DNA of 32,000 bases from Okeania sp. (GCF_035285525.1 NZ_JAYKGW010000128.1:30001-62000), one strand, 5' to 3'; positions 17,631 through 26,891 are shown, counted from the stretch's first letter. A program made the numbers and translations. The notes: generated from the sequence alone by a model not told the origin.

Positions 17631-19001
17631 TTAATAATTCAACTCCACAGTATTCTTCAATATAGGATTAATATCAAACCAAGAGCCTTCATCATCTCGG
17701 TATTCATAGACAAACATACTCCGAATCAACCTTTGATATCCATCATCACCAGTAACTTTTCGAGTTTTTGCTACTTGGCGCAACAACTCCCATTCTTCAT
17801 CCTCTACTGCCAGAGTACGTTCATTGCGAAGATTTTGAATTACTTTATCAAGATTTTCACGGGAGATAGGCAAGCCTTTTTGCTTTTTAATAGCTTCATT
17901 GAGCATTCGCAATACATTCCTGACATGACCTCCGCTCATCTGACATAGATGATTTAGAGTTTCCTCACTGTCAAAAATTTCAGTAATTTTCTCTAGACGT
18001 TGTTCTGGTTTCAAATTAGGAAATGCTCTGGCTAAAACTAACTGCCTAAGTAATCTCATTCCTTCTACACATTGACTATTATCCCGTAACTCCATCGACA
18101 CCATTGGCAAGACTTGGGGGGTACTCTTGAAGCGTTGAGTTAATGTACCATAGTCATTAGAAAATCGTAGTGCTAAAGGAAGAGTATAAATTACATGACA
18201 ATGGAGACTTGCTAGTTGTTCGCCGCGATCGACAAATAAATATTCTGGTTGAGGTCGCCCCCAGGGTTTTGGGGAACTATCAACCTTATCCAAATTGTCA
18301 ACAATAACGACTAATCCATTTTTACCGTACTGCTTCAGCTTTTCGTGAGCAGGTTCCAGTAATTCTTGGTTAATAGTCTCAATAATGCCATTAGTCCGAG
18401 GTCCGAGATAATCTCTTAGTTTACTGCGAAGTTGTGGACTAGCTTTAGCTTTAGCTGTTATTTTACCTATTCCCAAAGCCACAAATTCTAGTCCTTCTTG
18501 GTCAACTTTAACCTGACCAACTCCAGGTACACCAAATTCTGCTTCGGCAGAAATATCTAGTTCTGTGTGTAGAAGCTTGCTTACCCCATTGAGTATACTT
18601 TTTAATCCTTTTGGCTCCTCTATTTTAACTTCCTCTAATGTATGTAAACTTTGGCTGACTTGTCGCGCCATAGTTAGCAGAATATCACTGACATCTATAT
18701 CTCCCATTTCTAGGTCTTTGTCTGACTCGAAATAAACAACATGAAAGTCTTCTGCTTCTAATTGTTGTTTGAGTCGCCAGAGTTCGGTAGATTTACCACA
18801 ACCAATATGTCCAGTGAATAGCTGACAAGTAGGTTCGTCGGGAGACCACAGAGCAATATTGTCTTTGAGGTCTTCAATTATTTGCCCCCCCCGTACACAA
18901 GAGAAGTCAATATAGTATTTTTTCTCAAGTTCCTGGTTATCTTGGAATAAGGCTTTACCAGGGTTTGTTGCCTGAAAAAAGGCTTTAACATTTATAGTCA
19001 T
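17631..19001 (-). CDS. orphan P-loop NTPase (STAND / Orc-Cdc6-like), family not recognised
   Basis: 456-aa ORF. Walker A is GHIGCGKST (aa 64-72, nt 18786-18812) and Walker B-like is LVVIVDNLD (aa 230-238). The two motifs are separated by about 155 aa. The helical C-terminal region (aa ~330-456) reads like a winged-helix/lid. No effector domain is recognisable. Confidence 0.8.
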   Translation of the reverse strand: MTINVKAFFQATNPGKALFQDNQELEKKYYIDFSCVRGGQIIEDLKDNIALWSPDEPTCQLFTGHIGCGKSTELWRLKQQLEAEDFHVVYFESDKDLEMGDIDVSDILLTMARQVSQSLHTLEEVKIEEPKGLKSILNGVSKLLHTELDISAEAEFGVPGVGQVKVDQEGLEFVALGIGKITAKAKASPQLRSKLRDYLGPRTNGIIETINQELLEPAHEKLKQYGKNGLVVIVDNLDKVDSSPKPWGRPQPEYLFVDRGEQLASLHCHVIYTLPLALRFSNDYGTLTQRFKSTPQVLPMVSMELRDNSQCVEGMRLLRQLVLARAFPNLKPEQRLEKITEIFDSEETLNHLCQMSGGHVRNVLRMLNEAIKKQKGLPISRENLDKVIQNLRNERTLAVEDEEWELLRQVAKTRKVTGDDGYQRLIRSMFVYEYRDDEGSWFDINPILKNTVELNY

Positions 19002-19397
19002 TATGTTTTTGATAAACTTACTTCTCTATTTTATAGCCCACATCCCGCATTAGCATAAAAAACAGTGGTTTATTAAGTAGGGTTTACGCTCAAAAGTATA
19101 AGTAGCAAGGATCCACAATCGAGAATCCAGAAGTCAGAAGGAATGAGAATGATGGAAGAGTAGGGACTATGCAACGTCCCTACAGAAAAATCGTTCCTTG
19201 ATTTTCTTCCCCTATGTTCCCGAAAATCCTAGAATGCATGATTTTTCGGGAACCGTACCATTACCACCTAAAAGCTGGTACTTTATTAGTACCTGAAAAG
19301 AGTAAAACCTTAAGCTCGTCAAGACTTTGATATTTAATCAGCCAGCTCTAAGTATTTATACTATAGTACCGTGTCAAGCTTGAAAATATAGCAAAAA

Positions 19398-19488
19398 CCT
19401 AACCCCCCAACCCCTTTCCCAGAAGCGCGTTGGGGGGGGACTTCTCCCCTCTCCTGATGAGTGAGAGGGGTTGGGGGAGAGGTCTTCG
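19398..19488. repeat. G/C-rich palindromic small dispersed repeat (long form)
   Basis: cctaaccccccaacccctttccc...ttggggggggacttctcccctctcctgatgagtgagaggggttgggggagaggtcttc. The arms are mutually complementary. Confidence 0.75.
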
Positions 19489-19695
19489 CTCGTTGCTCGT
19501 TCCTAATCCACAATTTTACTATTGACATGCCACTACCTTGCTAAAAAAAGTATTTCTAAGGAAATGGGGTGATGGGGGAATGAGAATATGGTGAATATCA
19601 GACTATTTTTCTACTTTTTTCCCGATTCTATTTCTGCATCTCCCCACCTAATAATAAAAGGTGTTAACTGATTATTTTTTGAACCCGGATTTGGT

Positions 19696-19887
19696 CTAAT
19701 CTCTCAACTCCTGCAACACTTCATCAGTAAATGGCTTTTCCCTTGCTTGCAGTGCTTTAATCCATTCTTGTCGTTTGGCTTTTTCCTCCTCATCATCAGT
19801 CCAGTCTACATATACCTGAAAATCAGCGATCGCTCCTTCAATATTCCCAGTTAATGCCCTGGCGACTCCCCGACTATCAACGATGTT
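19696..19887 (-). pseudogene. orphan 3' fragment paralogous to the C-terminus of the giant STAND-WD40-TPR gene
   Basis: The reverse strand encodes NIVDSRGVARALTGNIEGAIADFQVYVDWTDDEEEKAKRQEWIKALQAREKPFTDEVLQELRD*. This aligns with the last ~63 aa of the 11279..16975 product (NIVDIRGLFRALTGDIEGAIADFQVFVKWTDDEEDKAQRQEWIKALQAGENPFTDEVLQEWRE*). The DNA similarity, including a shared HIP1 site, stops abruptly at ~19887, where an STRR-like tract begins. Confidence 0.8.
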
Positions 19888-20118
19888 TACTTTTCCCCTA
19901 CTCCCTTACTCCTGTAAGGACGTTGCATAACAAAAATGCTAACGTCCCTACCCTGCCCAATAAAATGTAGAAAACTTTTTGAGAAATGGTATTAGATATT
20001 GAGCACTATCAAACTATGGAAAAACACTTGAAGGAAAAGACAAAATATGCCAAGGTGAAAACTTAGGAAATTATTTTCTTAGCAATTGTTTTTGTAATAC
20101 CTGATTATAAGAAATAAC

Positions 20119-23100
20119 ATGACTCATCCAAAAAGCTTTGACAAATTTTTATCTGCTTTATTAGGAATTTTCACTCAAAGAAGTTTTAGTGGCATGGATT
20201 TTTTGAGTTATCTAAATCGTTCGGACGATGAACGAAGTGGAGACGAAGCATCTATAGTTGATACTGCAATAGTAAGTCCGCTTCTAGGACTATTGGGCTT
20301 TGAACCAGCAGAACGAATTTATAACCAGCAACATTTGGGCGATCGCCCGGACTTTGCGCCCAGGGATGCAGTCTATGGAACTTGTTTCGTTGTCGAGAAC
20401 AAGAGTACATCAATTTCTTTGACCTTTGATTTAAACGATCCCGATAGCCACCTATCCCAACTCAGAAGTTATATGCGAGTCCGGGGCGTTACCTTGGGTT
20501 GGCTCACTAATGGCAAACAGTTGACTGTGTGGGGATTTTACAACTGGGCTCGTCCTCAAAATCTTATCAATATCGATCTGAAAAATGTGATTCAAGATTG
20601 GCATCGAAGAGGAGTATCTACGCTTTCAGAAACAACGGAACAGAAGTTGCACGATTTATTCGATCTGTTTCAGAAAGAAGCATTTACCAGTCTGAAACGA
20701 TTAGAAGCAGAACTGGCTTTGGATGAGGAAGAATGGCAACGGCAAGCTCTACCTTTGGGAAATGGTAGTGGCAACGAACCTGTATTAGTGGAAGCATTGC
20801 GGTCTCTTGTTTTAGAGCTTCAGCGTAATGCCAGACGCTTGCTGACAGAACAGTTGGCTCGGTATGCAGAGTATCAGGATCGGGCTAACAGAATTACCGA
20901 TAATGCAGTAGCAACTGCTATTCAAGAAATTCAATGGTTACGAGAAAAGGTATTAACTCGTTTGCAGCAGAATCAGAGTTTGGTCGATCTTAGCGATCGC
21001 GATTTTGCAGCAATTGAGGAAATATGCAAACGACTCGAACAGGATGCCAGAGCTTACATCAGTCCGAAAGAGGTATTTGCCGAAATTTTAGCAATTTTGA
21101 ATGAGGGATTCAATCGCAAACACCAAAACAAAGCCAAACCCCCCAAACCACCATCTACATTGTCCGCTGGATATCAACCCCTGAATGATGCACTCAAACC
21201 CTACGTCGAAAAAGTATTTGCCTGGCATCAACGTCAAGCAAATCTTCGGCAAGATTATCAGGCAGAAATTAGAGTGCATGATGATTACATGGTTTGGACT
21301 GCTTTAGTGGAGGAAACTATGTTAGGAGGATTGGAAGAGAGTCAACGACAGGATGAATTTGCTTTGCAAGCAGCTTATGTTGTTTTCATCCGACTGTTGC
21401 TGCTCCGAGTTTGTGAAGATAAAGGAGTTTTTCCCCATCGGTTTGTTTCTGATGGTGGGGTAAAACGTTGGCAGGAAAATATTGAGCGGTATTGGGTATT
21501 TGCGACTGGTAATCCCTACAGTCCGCTGTTAGATATGGCATATAAAAATGCCCAGAATATCTATGCTCACTTTTTTACTGGACGGGATCTATTTAATTGG
21601 TTTGTTTTGGAGCAAAGGGAGTTGGTGATAACGTTGCATCAACTTAGTCGCTTCAATTTTTCAGGGGTAGATTCGGATATAGTAGGAACGGTTTACAGCA
21701 CTTATGTAGACCGTAAAGAAAAGAAGGAAAAAGGACAGTATTACACGCCACCAGAAATTGTTAATTACATTCTCGATGAGGTAGGATATCAAACTGGATC
21801 GGGAATTATTGGTGCTAATAAACGCCTCATAGATCCGGCTTGTGGTAGCGGTTCGTTTTTGGTGGCAGCAGCAAAAAGGTTAGTGGAAAGCTATAAAGGC
21901 AATACTGAGGAAATTGAAGATCCTGCTTCAGTTTTAGATAGGGTACAAAATAATCTTTATGGGTTTGACCTTAACCCGTTTGCCTGTTACTTGGCAGAAG
22001 TAAATTTGTTGATTCAAGTCCTGGATTTGGTGAAGCTAGCAAATGACCGAGGTCAACCTACAAGAATCGAACGCTTTAACATTTTTAATGTTGATGCTCT
22101 AGCTCGTCCGACGGGAAGCTATCGTTCTCTGATGTTCAATACTTTGATTGCACGGGAAAGCGATCGCGCAGACCAAATTAAAAGCAGATCGCCCAACACA
22201 CCTTATGCCAATGGCTTTGCATTTATAGTTGGGAATCCACCTTATGGCCCTAGTTTGAGCGATGAATACAAGAATGTACTGAAGTCAGATTATGCAGATG
22301 TATTTTTCGGTCAACCTGACACTTATGTATTCTTTTTCCAACTGGGAATCGAGCTATTAGGCAATCAAGGAAAATTAGGTTTTATTACGCCTAATACATA
22401 TTTAATGGGAAAGAATACTGCTGCTTTGCGCAAGATTTTGTTAGAAGCAGGACGAATCGAGCAAATTGTTGATTTGCCCCAAGGAATCTGGAAAGATGCT
22501 AGTGTTGATTGTGTTTTGCTATTTTTGACACAGGAAAGTAATGAGGAACAGCGCCAAACCCAACAGCCACAAATTAATTTATTAGGAGTACGCGACACTT
22601 TTGATAAATTGACAACAAGGAGTTGGAGCAAAACAGTTAAACAGCAACAATATAGATGGTTAGAAAATTCAACTAATCAGATCGACATACGCTATGATGC
22701 ACTAATACAGAAAATTGAAGATGCTTGTCTTATTCAAGTCAAGGGTAACGGAGCGCCACAAAAAGTTTTGCGCTTAGGAGATGTGACTGAAAGCACTCAA
22801 GGAATTATTGTTTATAAGACAAAAGCTGAAGGTCAGGCTAATGTATATATTAAAGACCGAACCAATGTGGGTTATAATGAAACTGACTGGCATCCTTTAC
22901 TTGAAACCACTGGCTTTCTGGGGCGATATGAATTGCGCTGGGGTGAAAAACAACCATATCTTAAGTACGGCCATTGGCTCTGCCGTTATCGCGAACGTAA
23001 ATATTTTGATTCTCCTAAAATTCTACTGGTTCGGTTAAGAAACAAAGCTCTAAAAAGGCGTCTTGTAGCAACGTTTGATGATACTGGATTTTATAACCGA

Positions 23101-23916
23101 GACAACTTTAATAATATAATTCAAGCAGATACAAACTACAAGCTAAAGTATTTGTTGGCTCTGTTTAACTCATCTGTTTTAAATCATTGGTATAGAAATC
23201 GATTTGACAACGTTAATATTAACCCCAAAACCTTCCGTCAACTTCCTATTTATCCTGCTGATACTGAAACTCAAGCCGAGTTAGTCGAAAAAGTAGACCG
23301 CATTCTGAAAAAAAATCAAGAAATCAATAAATTTCGAGAACAAGGCTACGTTATTCGCAAACAAAGAGATGGTAATATCCAAATCGAAATTCCCTACGAT
23401 CGCCTTCTAAGTGAAATCCAAGAAAATAATCCCAATTTTTCTACTCTAACTTTGTTTGATGCTAAAGCCGTCGGGTTATTTACTATTCCCGAACGCTGCG
23501 ATTTGCGAGTCACAATCAGCAAGAATGTTTCTACTCCCACTCGCTATCCTACCAGCATTGTATTGCGTCATAATAAACTTTGGCTTGTAGCTGACAACGA
23601 TAAAATTAGACGTTATCTACTCAGTTACTTAAAACTTCCTCAGTGGCAGGGTAAAACCTGGAACGAAATTAAAGATCAGGCAACCTTACCAGGAGAAACT
23701 CAAGAGCTAGATACTTTCTTTGCTACCGAGGAAAAACGACGTACAGAAATTCAAACTCTTCTCAATGAAGTCGTCCAAATAGATGCAGAAATTGATGACA
23801 AAGTGCTAGATTTGTATAGTATTACCGAACCTATAGATCGCGAGCGTATTCTTAGAAGTGCGCCAATATCGGCAGAGGATGAAACCAATATCACCCAAGA
23901 CTCAGAAGAAGAATGA
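20119..23916 (+). CDS. Type IIG-like restriction-modification fusion (PD-(D/E)xK nuclease + gamma-class N6-adenine methyltransferase + TaqI-C-like specificity domain)
   Basis: 1,265-aa ORF. The N-terminus has an HSDR_N-like nuclease core (GDRPDFAP...CFVVENKS, i.e. D78 and E93-x-K95, then GWLTNG). aa ~180-400 form a long helical linker. The methyltransferase has YYTPPEIVNYILD, motif I IDPACGSGSFLV (nt 21832-21858) and motif IV NPPY (nt 22234-22245). A TRD-like region follows (YLLALFNSSVLNHWY), and the tail ends with IDAEIDDKVLDLYSIT. Confidence 0.85.
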   Translation: MTHPKSFDKFLSALLGIFTQRSFSGMDFLSYLNRSDDERSGDEASIVDTAIVSPLLGLLGFEPAERIYNQQHLGDRPDFAPRDAVYGTCFVVENKSTSISLTFDLNDPDSHLSQLRSYMRVRGVTLGWLTNGKQLTVWGFYNWARPQNLINIDLKNVIQDWHRRGVSTLSETTEQKLHDLFDLFQKEAFTSLKRLEAELALDEEEWQRQALPLGNGSGNEPVLVEALRSLVLELQRNARRLLTEQLARYAEYQDRANRITDNAVATAIQEIQWLREKVLTRLQQNQSLVDLSDRDFAAIEEICKRLEQDARAYISPKEVFAEILAILNEGFNRKHQNKAKPPKPPSTLSAGYQPLNDALKPYVEKVFAWHQRQANLRQDYQAEIRVHDDYMVWTALVEETMLGGLEESQRQDEFALQAAYVVFIRLLLLRVCEDKGVFPHRFVSDGGVKRWQENIERYWVFATGNPYSPLLDMAYKNAQNIYAHFFTGRDLFNWFVLEQRELVITLHQLSRFNFSGVDSDIVGTVYSTYVDRKEKKEKGQYYTPPEIVNYILDEVGYQTGSGIIGANKRLIDPACGSGSFLVAAAKRLVESYKGNTEEIEDPASVLDRVQNNLYGFDLNPFACYLAEVNLLIQVLDLVKLANDRGQPTRIERFNIFNVDALARPTGSYRSLMFNTLIARESDRADQIKSRSPNTPYANGFAFIVGNPPYGPSLSDEYKNVLKSDYADVFFGQPDTYVFFFQLGIELLGNQGKLGFITPNTYLMGKNTAALRKILLEAGRIEQIVDLPQGIWKDASVDCVLLFLTQESNEEQRQTQQPQINLLGVRDTFDKLTTRSWSKTVKQQQYRWLENSTNQIDIRYDALIQKIEDACLIQVKGNGAPQKVLRLGDVTESTQGIIVYKTKAEGQANVYIKDRTNVGYNETDWHPLLETTGFLGRYELRWGEKQPYLKYGHWLCRYRERKYFDSPKILLVRLRNKALKRRLVATFDDTGFYNRDNFNNIIQADTNYKLKYLLALFNSSVLNHWYRNRFDNVNINPKTFRQLPIYPADTETQAELVEKVDRILKKNQEINKFREQGYVIRKQRDGNIQIEIPYDRLLSEIQENNPNFSTLTLFDAKAVGLFTIPERCDLRVTISKNVSTPTRYPTSIVLRHNKLWLVADNDKIRRYLLSYLKLPQWQGKTWNEIKDQATLPGETQELDTFFATEEKRRTEIQTLLNEVVQIDAEIDDKVLDLYSITEPIDRERILRSAPISAEDETNITQDSEEE

Positions 23917-23936
23917 GAAAAAATGTAGCGATCGCC

Positions 23937-23996
23937 GTAGATCGCATTTTGGCAAAAAATCAAGAAATCAATAAGTTTCGAGAACAGGGTTACGTT
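23937..23996 (+). repeat. 60-bp duplicate of an internal segment of the RM gene (23293-23352), located just after its stop
   Basis: gtagatcgcattttggcaaaaaatcaagaaatcaataagtttcgagaacagggttacgtt versus gtagaccgcattctgaaaaaaaatcaagaaatcaataaatttcgagaacaaggctacgtt. The second copy would read VDRILAKNQEINKFREQGYVP*. Confidence 0.85.
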
Positions 23997-24047
23997 CCTT
24001 GAATCAGTTTAGGACTACACAAAGAAACCGGGTTTCTGGGTTCCCCT

Positions 24048-24210
24048 GGTTTGGCTCCCCCCTTTCCAGATACATCTTTTGGTTGGCTTTCCTTTCGTCA
24101 ACCCAACCTACAAACTTTTGAACTACCCAAAGAAACCCGGTTTGGCTCCCCCTTTTCCAGATACATCTTTTGGTTGGCTTTCCTTTCGTCAACCCAACCT
24201 ACAAACTTTT
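24048..24210. repeat. tandem duplication: two 72-bp copies with a 91-bp period
   Basis: ggtttggctccccc(c)ttt(t)ccagatacatcttttggttggctttcctttcgtcaacccaacctacaaactttt occurs at 24048-24119 and 24139-24210. Each copy is preceded by aaagaaaccCggt. Confidence 0.9.
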
Positions 24211-24289
24211 AAATTCCGTGAATCGGACATGATATAAGTTATAACTACAACAATAGTCCTCTAATTTTGAAAAGTTCTCCGTTTATATT

Positions 24290-26413
24290 ATGTATGTACC
24301 CCTTTGGCCTGGAAAACCATATCCCCTAGGAGCTTCTTGGGATGGTAAAGGCACTAATTTCGCTATATTCTCTGAAAATGCTACGAACGTAGAACTTTGC
24401 CTATTTGACAAGGAAAACCAAGAAACACGACTCACCCTCACAGAAGTAAGTAACTTTGTCTGGCATGGCTATCTACCAAGTATTAGTCCAGGTCAGAAAT
24501 ATGGATTTCGAGTACATGGTCCCTACGAACCATCCGAAGGACATCGTTTTAACCCCAATAAATTACTCATTGACCCTTACGCTAAAGCAATAGATGGAGA
24601 TATACTTTATGGTCAAGAAATATTTGCCTATTCTTGGGATCATCCAGAAAAAGATTTAGTCTGCACCCTAGATGATGATGCTCATCTCATGCCAAAATCT
24701 GTGGTAGTTGATGAAAGTTTTGATTGGGAAAATGACCAATTATTAAATATTCCTAACCACGAAACCATAATTTATGAAATTCATCTCAGAGGGTTTACTA
24801 AACTACATCCAGACATTCCCGAAAATCTCAGGGGAACTTATGCTGGGTTAGCACATCCGAGTGCGATCGCCTATTTCCAATCTCTAGGTATCACGACAGT
24901 AGAGTTAATGCCAGTACATCATTTTCTCCGATACCCAGGACATTTAGTTGACAAGGAATTATCAAATTATTGGGGTTATGACTCGATTAATTATTTTGCC
25001 CCTTACAGTGGTTATTCTTCTAGTGGTAAAGCAGGGGAGCAAGTTCGAGAATTTAAACAAATGGTTAAAGCATTGCACAATGCTGGTATTGAGGTGATAT
25101 TGGATGTGGTCTACAACCATACTGGAGAAGGTAATCATCTGGGTCCGACTTTATCTTTTAAAGGTATTGATAATGCTGCTTATTATCGCTTAGTAGAAGA
25201 TGAACCCCGCTACTATATGGATTTTACTGGTTGTGGAAATTCTCTCAATGTTCGTCACCCCCAAGTATTGAAGTTAATTATGGATAGTTTGCGTTATTGG
25301 GTGACAGAAATGCACGTTGATGGTTTTCGATTTGATTTAGCTTCAGCTTTGGCGCGGGAATTATATGAAGTAGATAGTTTGGCAGCTTTTTTTGATATTG
25401 TGCATCAAGACCCTGTTATTTCTAATGTAAAGTTAATTGCTGAACCTTGGGATGTGGGAGAAGGTGGTTATCAAGTTGGTAATTTTCCTTTATTATGGTC
25501 AGAATGGAATGGTAAATATCGAGATATAGTTAGAGATTTTTGGCGAGGAGAAAAGGAAATATTATCTGAATTTGCTTATCGTTTTACTGGTAGTTCAGAT
25601 TTATATGCTGCTAATGGTAGGTTGCCTCATGCAAGTATTAATTTTGTCACTGCTCATGATGGTTTTACTTTGAATGATTTAGTTAGTTATGACGAAAAAC
25701 ATAATGAAGCAAATGGGGAGGATAATAATGATGGAGAAGAATATAATCGTTCTTGGAATTGTGGAGAGGAAGGAGAAATTGATGATCCTGATATATTAAG
25801 TTTAAGAAATCGTCAAAGACGTAATTTTTTAGTTACTTTAATGTTATCTCAGGGTATACCTATGTTATTAGGTGGAGATGAATTTGGCAGGACGCAAAAA
25901 GGTAATAATAATGCTTATTGTCAGGATAATGAAATTTCTTGGTTGGATTGGAATTTGCCAGTAGAAAATGCAGATTTATTAGATTTTACTCGACAGTTAA
26001 TTTATTTCCGTTGTCAACATCCAGTATTTCATCGACGTAAGTGGTTTCAAGGTCGGGCAATTCATGGTTCAACTGTGAGTGATATAGGTTGGTATAATCC
26101 TAATGGTCAAGAAATGACTGAGGAACAGTGGAATATTGATTTTGCTAAAGCTGTGGGTGTATTTTTAAATGGGGAAGAAATTCCGGCTAGTGGTGACCGT
26201 GGGGAAAGGATTTTTGATGATAGTTTTCTAATATTTTTTAATGCTCATTATGAGTTGATAGAGTTTACAATTTCTCCTAAATTCCAAGATAGAAATTGGG
26301 TGGTTATTGTTGATACGAATAAGTCTCATTTTGTCGAAAATGGTAAGCATTATCAAGGTGAAATTCCGATTCCGGTGATGGAACGTTCAATTGTTGTTTT
26401 GAAGCGTTTTTAA
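24290..26413 (+). CDS. glgX: glycogen debranching enzyme
   Basis: 707-aa ORF. It has the N-terminal CBM48-like start [17 protein letters not shown] and GH13 catalytic motifs ([30 protein letters not shown]). Confidence 0.92.
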   Translation: MYVPLWPGKPYPLGASWDGKGTNFAIFSENATNVELCLFDKENQETRLTLTEVSNFVWHGYLPSISPGQKYGFRVHGPYEPSEGHRFNPNKLLIDPYAKAIDGDILYGQEIFAYSWDHPEKDLVCTLDDDAHLMPKSVVVDESFDWENDQLLNIPNHETIIYEIHLRGFTKLHPDIPENLRGTYAGLAHPSAIAYFQSLGITTVELMPVHHFLRYPGHLVDKELSNYWGYDSINYFAPYSGYSSSGKAGEQVREFKQMVKALHNAGIEVILDVVYNHTGEGNHLGPTLSFKGIDNAAYYRLVEDEPRYYMDFTGCGNSLNVRHPQVLKLIMDSLRYWVTEMHVDGFRFDLASALARELYEVDSLAAFFDIVHQDPVISNVKLIAEPWDVGEGGYQVGNFPLLWSEWNGKYRDIVRDFWRGEKEILSEFAYRFTGSSDLYAANGRLPHASINFVTAHDGFTLNDLVSYDEKHNEANGEDNNDGEEYNRSWNCGEEGEIDDPDILSLRNRQRRNFLVTLMLSQGIPMLLGGDEFGRTQKGNNNAYCQDNEISWLDWNLPVENADLLDFTRQLIYFRCQHPVFHRRKWFQGRAIHGSTVSDIGWYNPNGQEMTEEQWNIDFAKAVGVFLNGEEIPASGDRGERIFDDSFLIFFNAHYELIEFTISPKFQDRNWVVIVDTNKSHFVENGKHYQGEIPIPVMERSIVVLKRF

Positions 26414-26566
26414 ACAATTAATAATTAAGTAATGCTGGTATAGAAATCAGACATCATTCGTGAGAAAAAAATTGTAGGGGTTTGGTCTCCAAAACCCTTT
26501 AAATTTGGGTTGGTAAACCAAACCTCTAGGCTCAAATCTTACAACATTTACCAAAATTCAATCAGC

Positions 26567-26891
26567 ATGAAAATATATCAATTAGTTATTGATACTAACA
26601 TGATTTGATCAGGATTGCGTTCAAAAAATGGAGTATCCTACTAAACTTTTAAACCTACTCAACGATTGACAAATAAAAATCAATATTTCAACAACATTAA
26701 TACTAGAATATGAACAAATCTTAAAACGATAACATCAACAATTAAAATTAAGTTTAGAAGATATTAATAATGTAATTAGGGTTTGCGTATGGAAAGTATG
26801 AGTGGTAGGGGGAGAATTCTCAATTCTGAATCCAGGAGAAATGGCAATTACAGAATCGGTAGTCAGAATAATTATCCCTGATTTCCTCATT
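26567..26891 (+). pseudogene. PIN-domain toxin gene remnant
   Basis: MKIYQLVIDTNMI*SGLRSKNGVSY, then after a frameshift KLLNLLND*QIKINISTTLILEYEQILKR*HQQLKLSLEDINNVI, and a tail ...VVRIIIPDFL. This is the pattern of the stand-alone PIN toxin family (VLDTNVL.SAL.S..G.S..LL; EYE.VL.R; I..P.EFL). The middle of the domain is missing, and a MITE abuts the 3' end. Confidence 0.55.

Noticed and set aside
17631-23916. BREX/Pgl-like system (a PglX-like methyltransferase plus an ATPase).
   Set aside because: The methyltransferase carries its own PD-(D/E)xK nuclease and TRD, which is Type IIG architecture. No PglZ, BrxC-sized ATPase, BrxA/B or BrxL-like genes are in the window. The ATPase is divergently transcribed across a 1.1-kb repeat- and pseudogene-filled gap.
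20119-23916. The RM gene as a very recent horizontal acquisition from a non-cyanobacterial donor.
   Set aside because: It contains three HIP1 (GCGATCGC) sites, and its codon and base usage look similar by eye to neighbouring genes. It is still likely an accessory insertion, but not a foreign-looking one.
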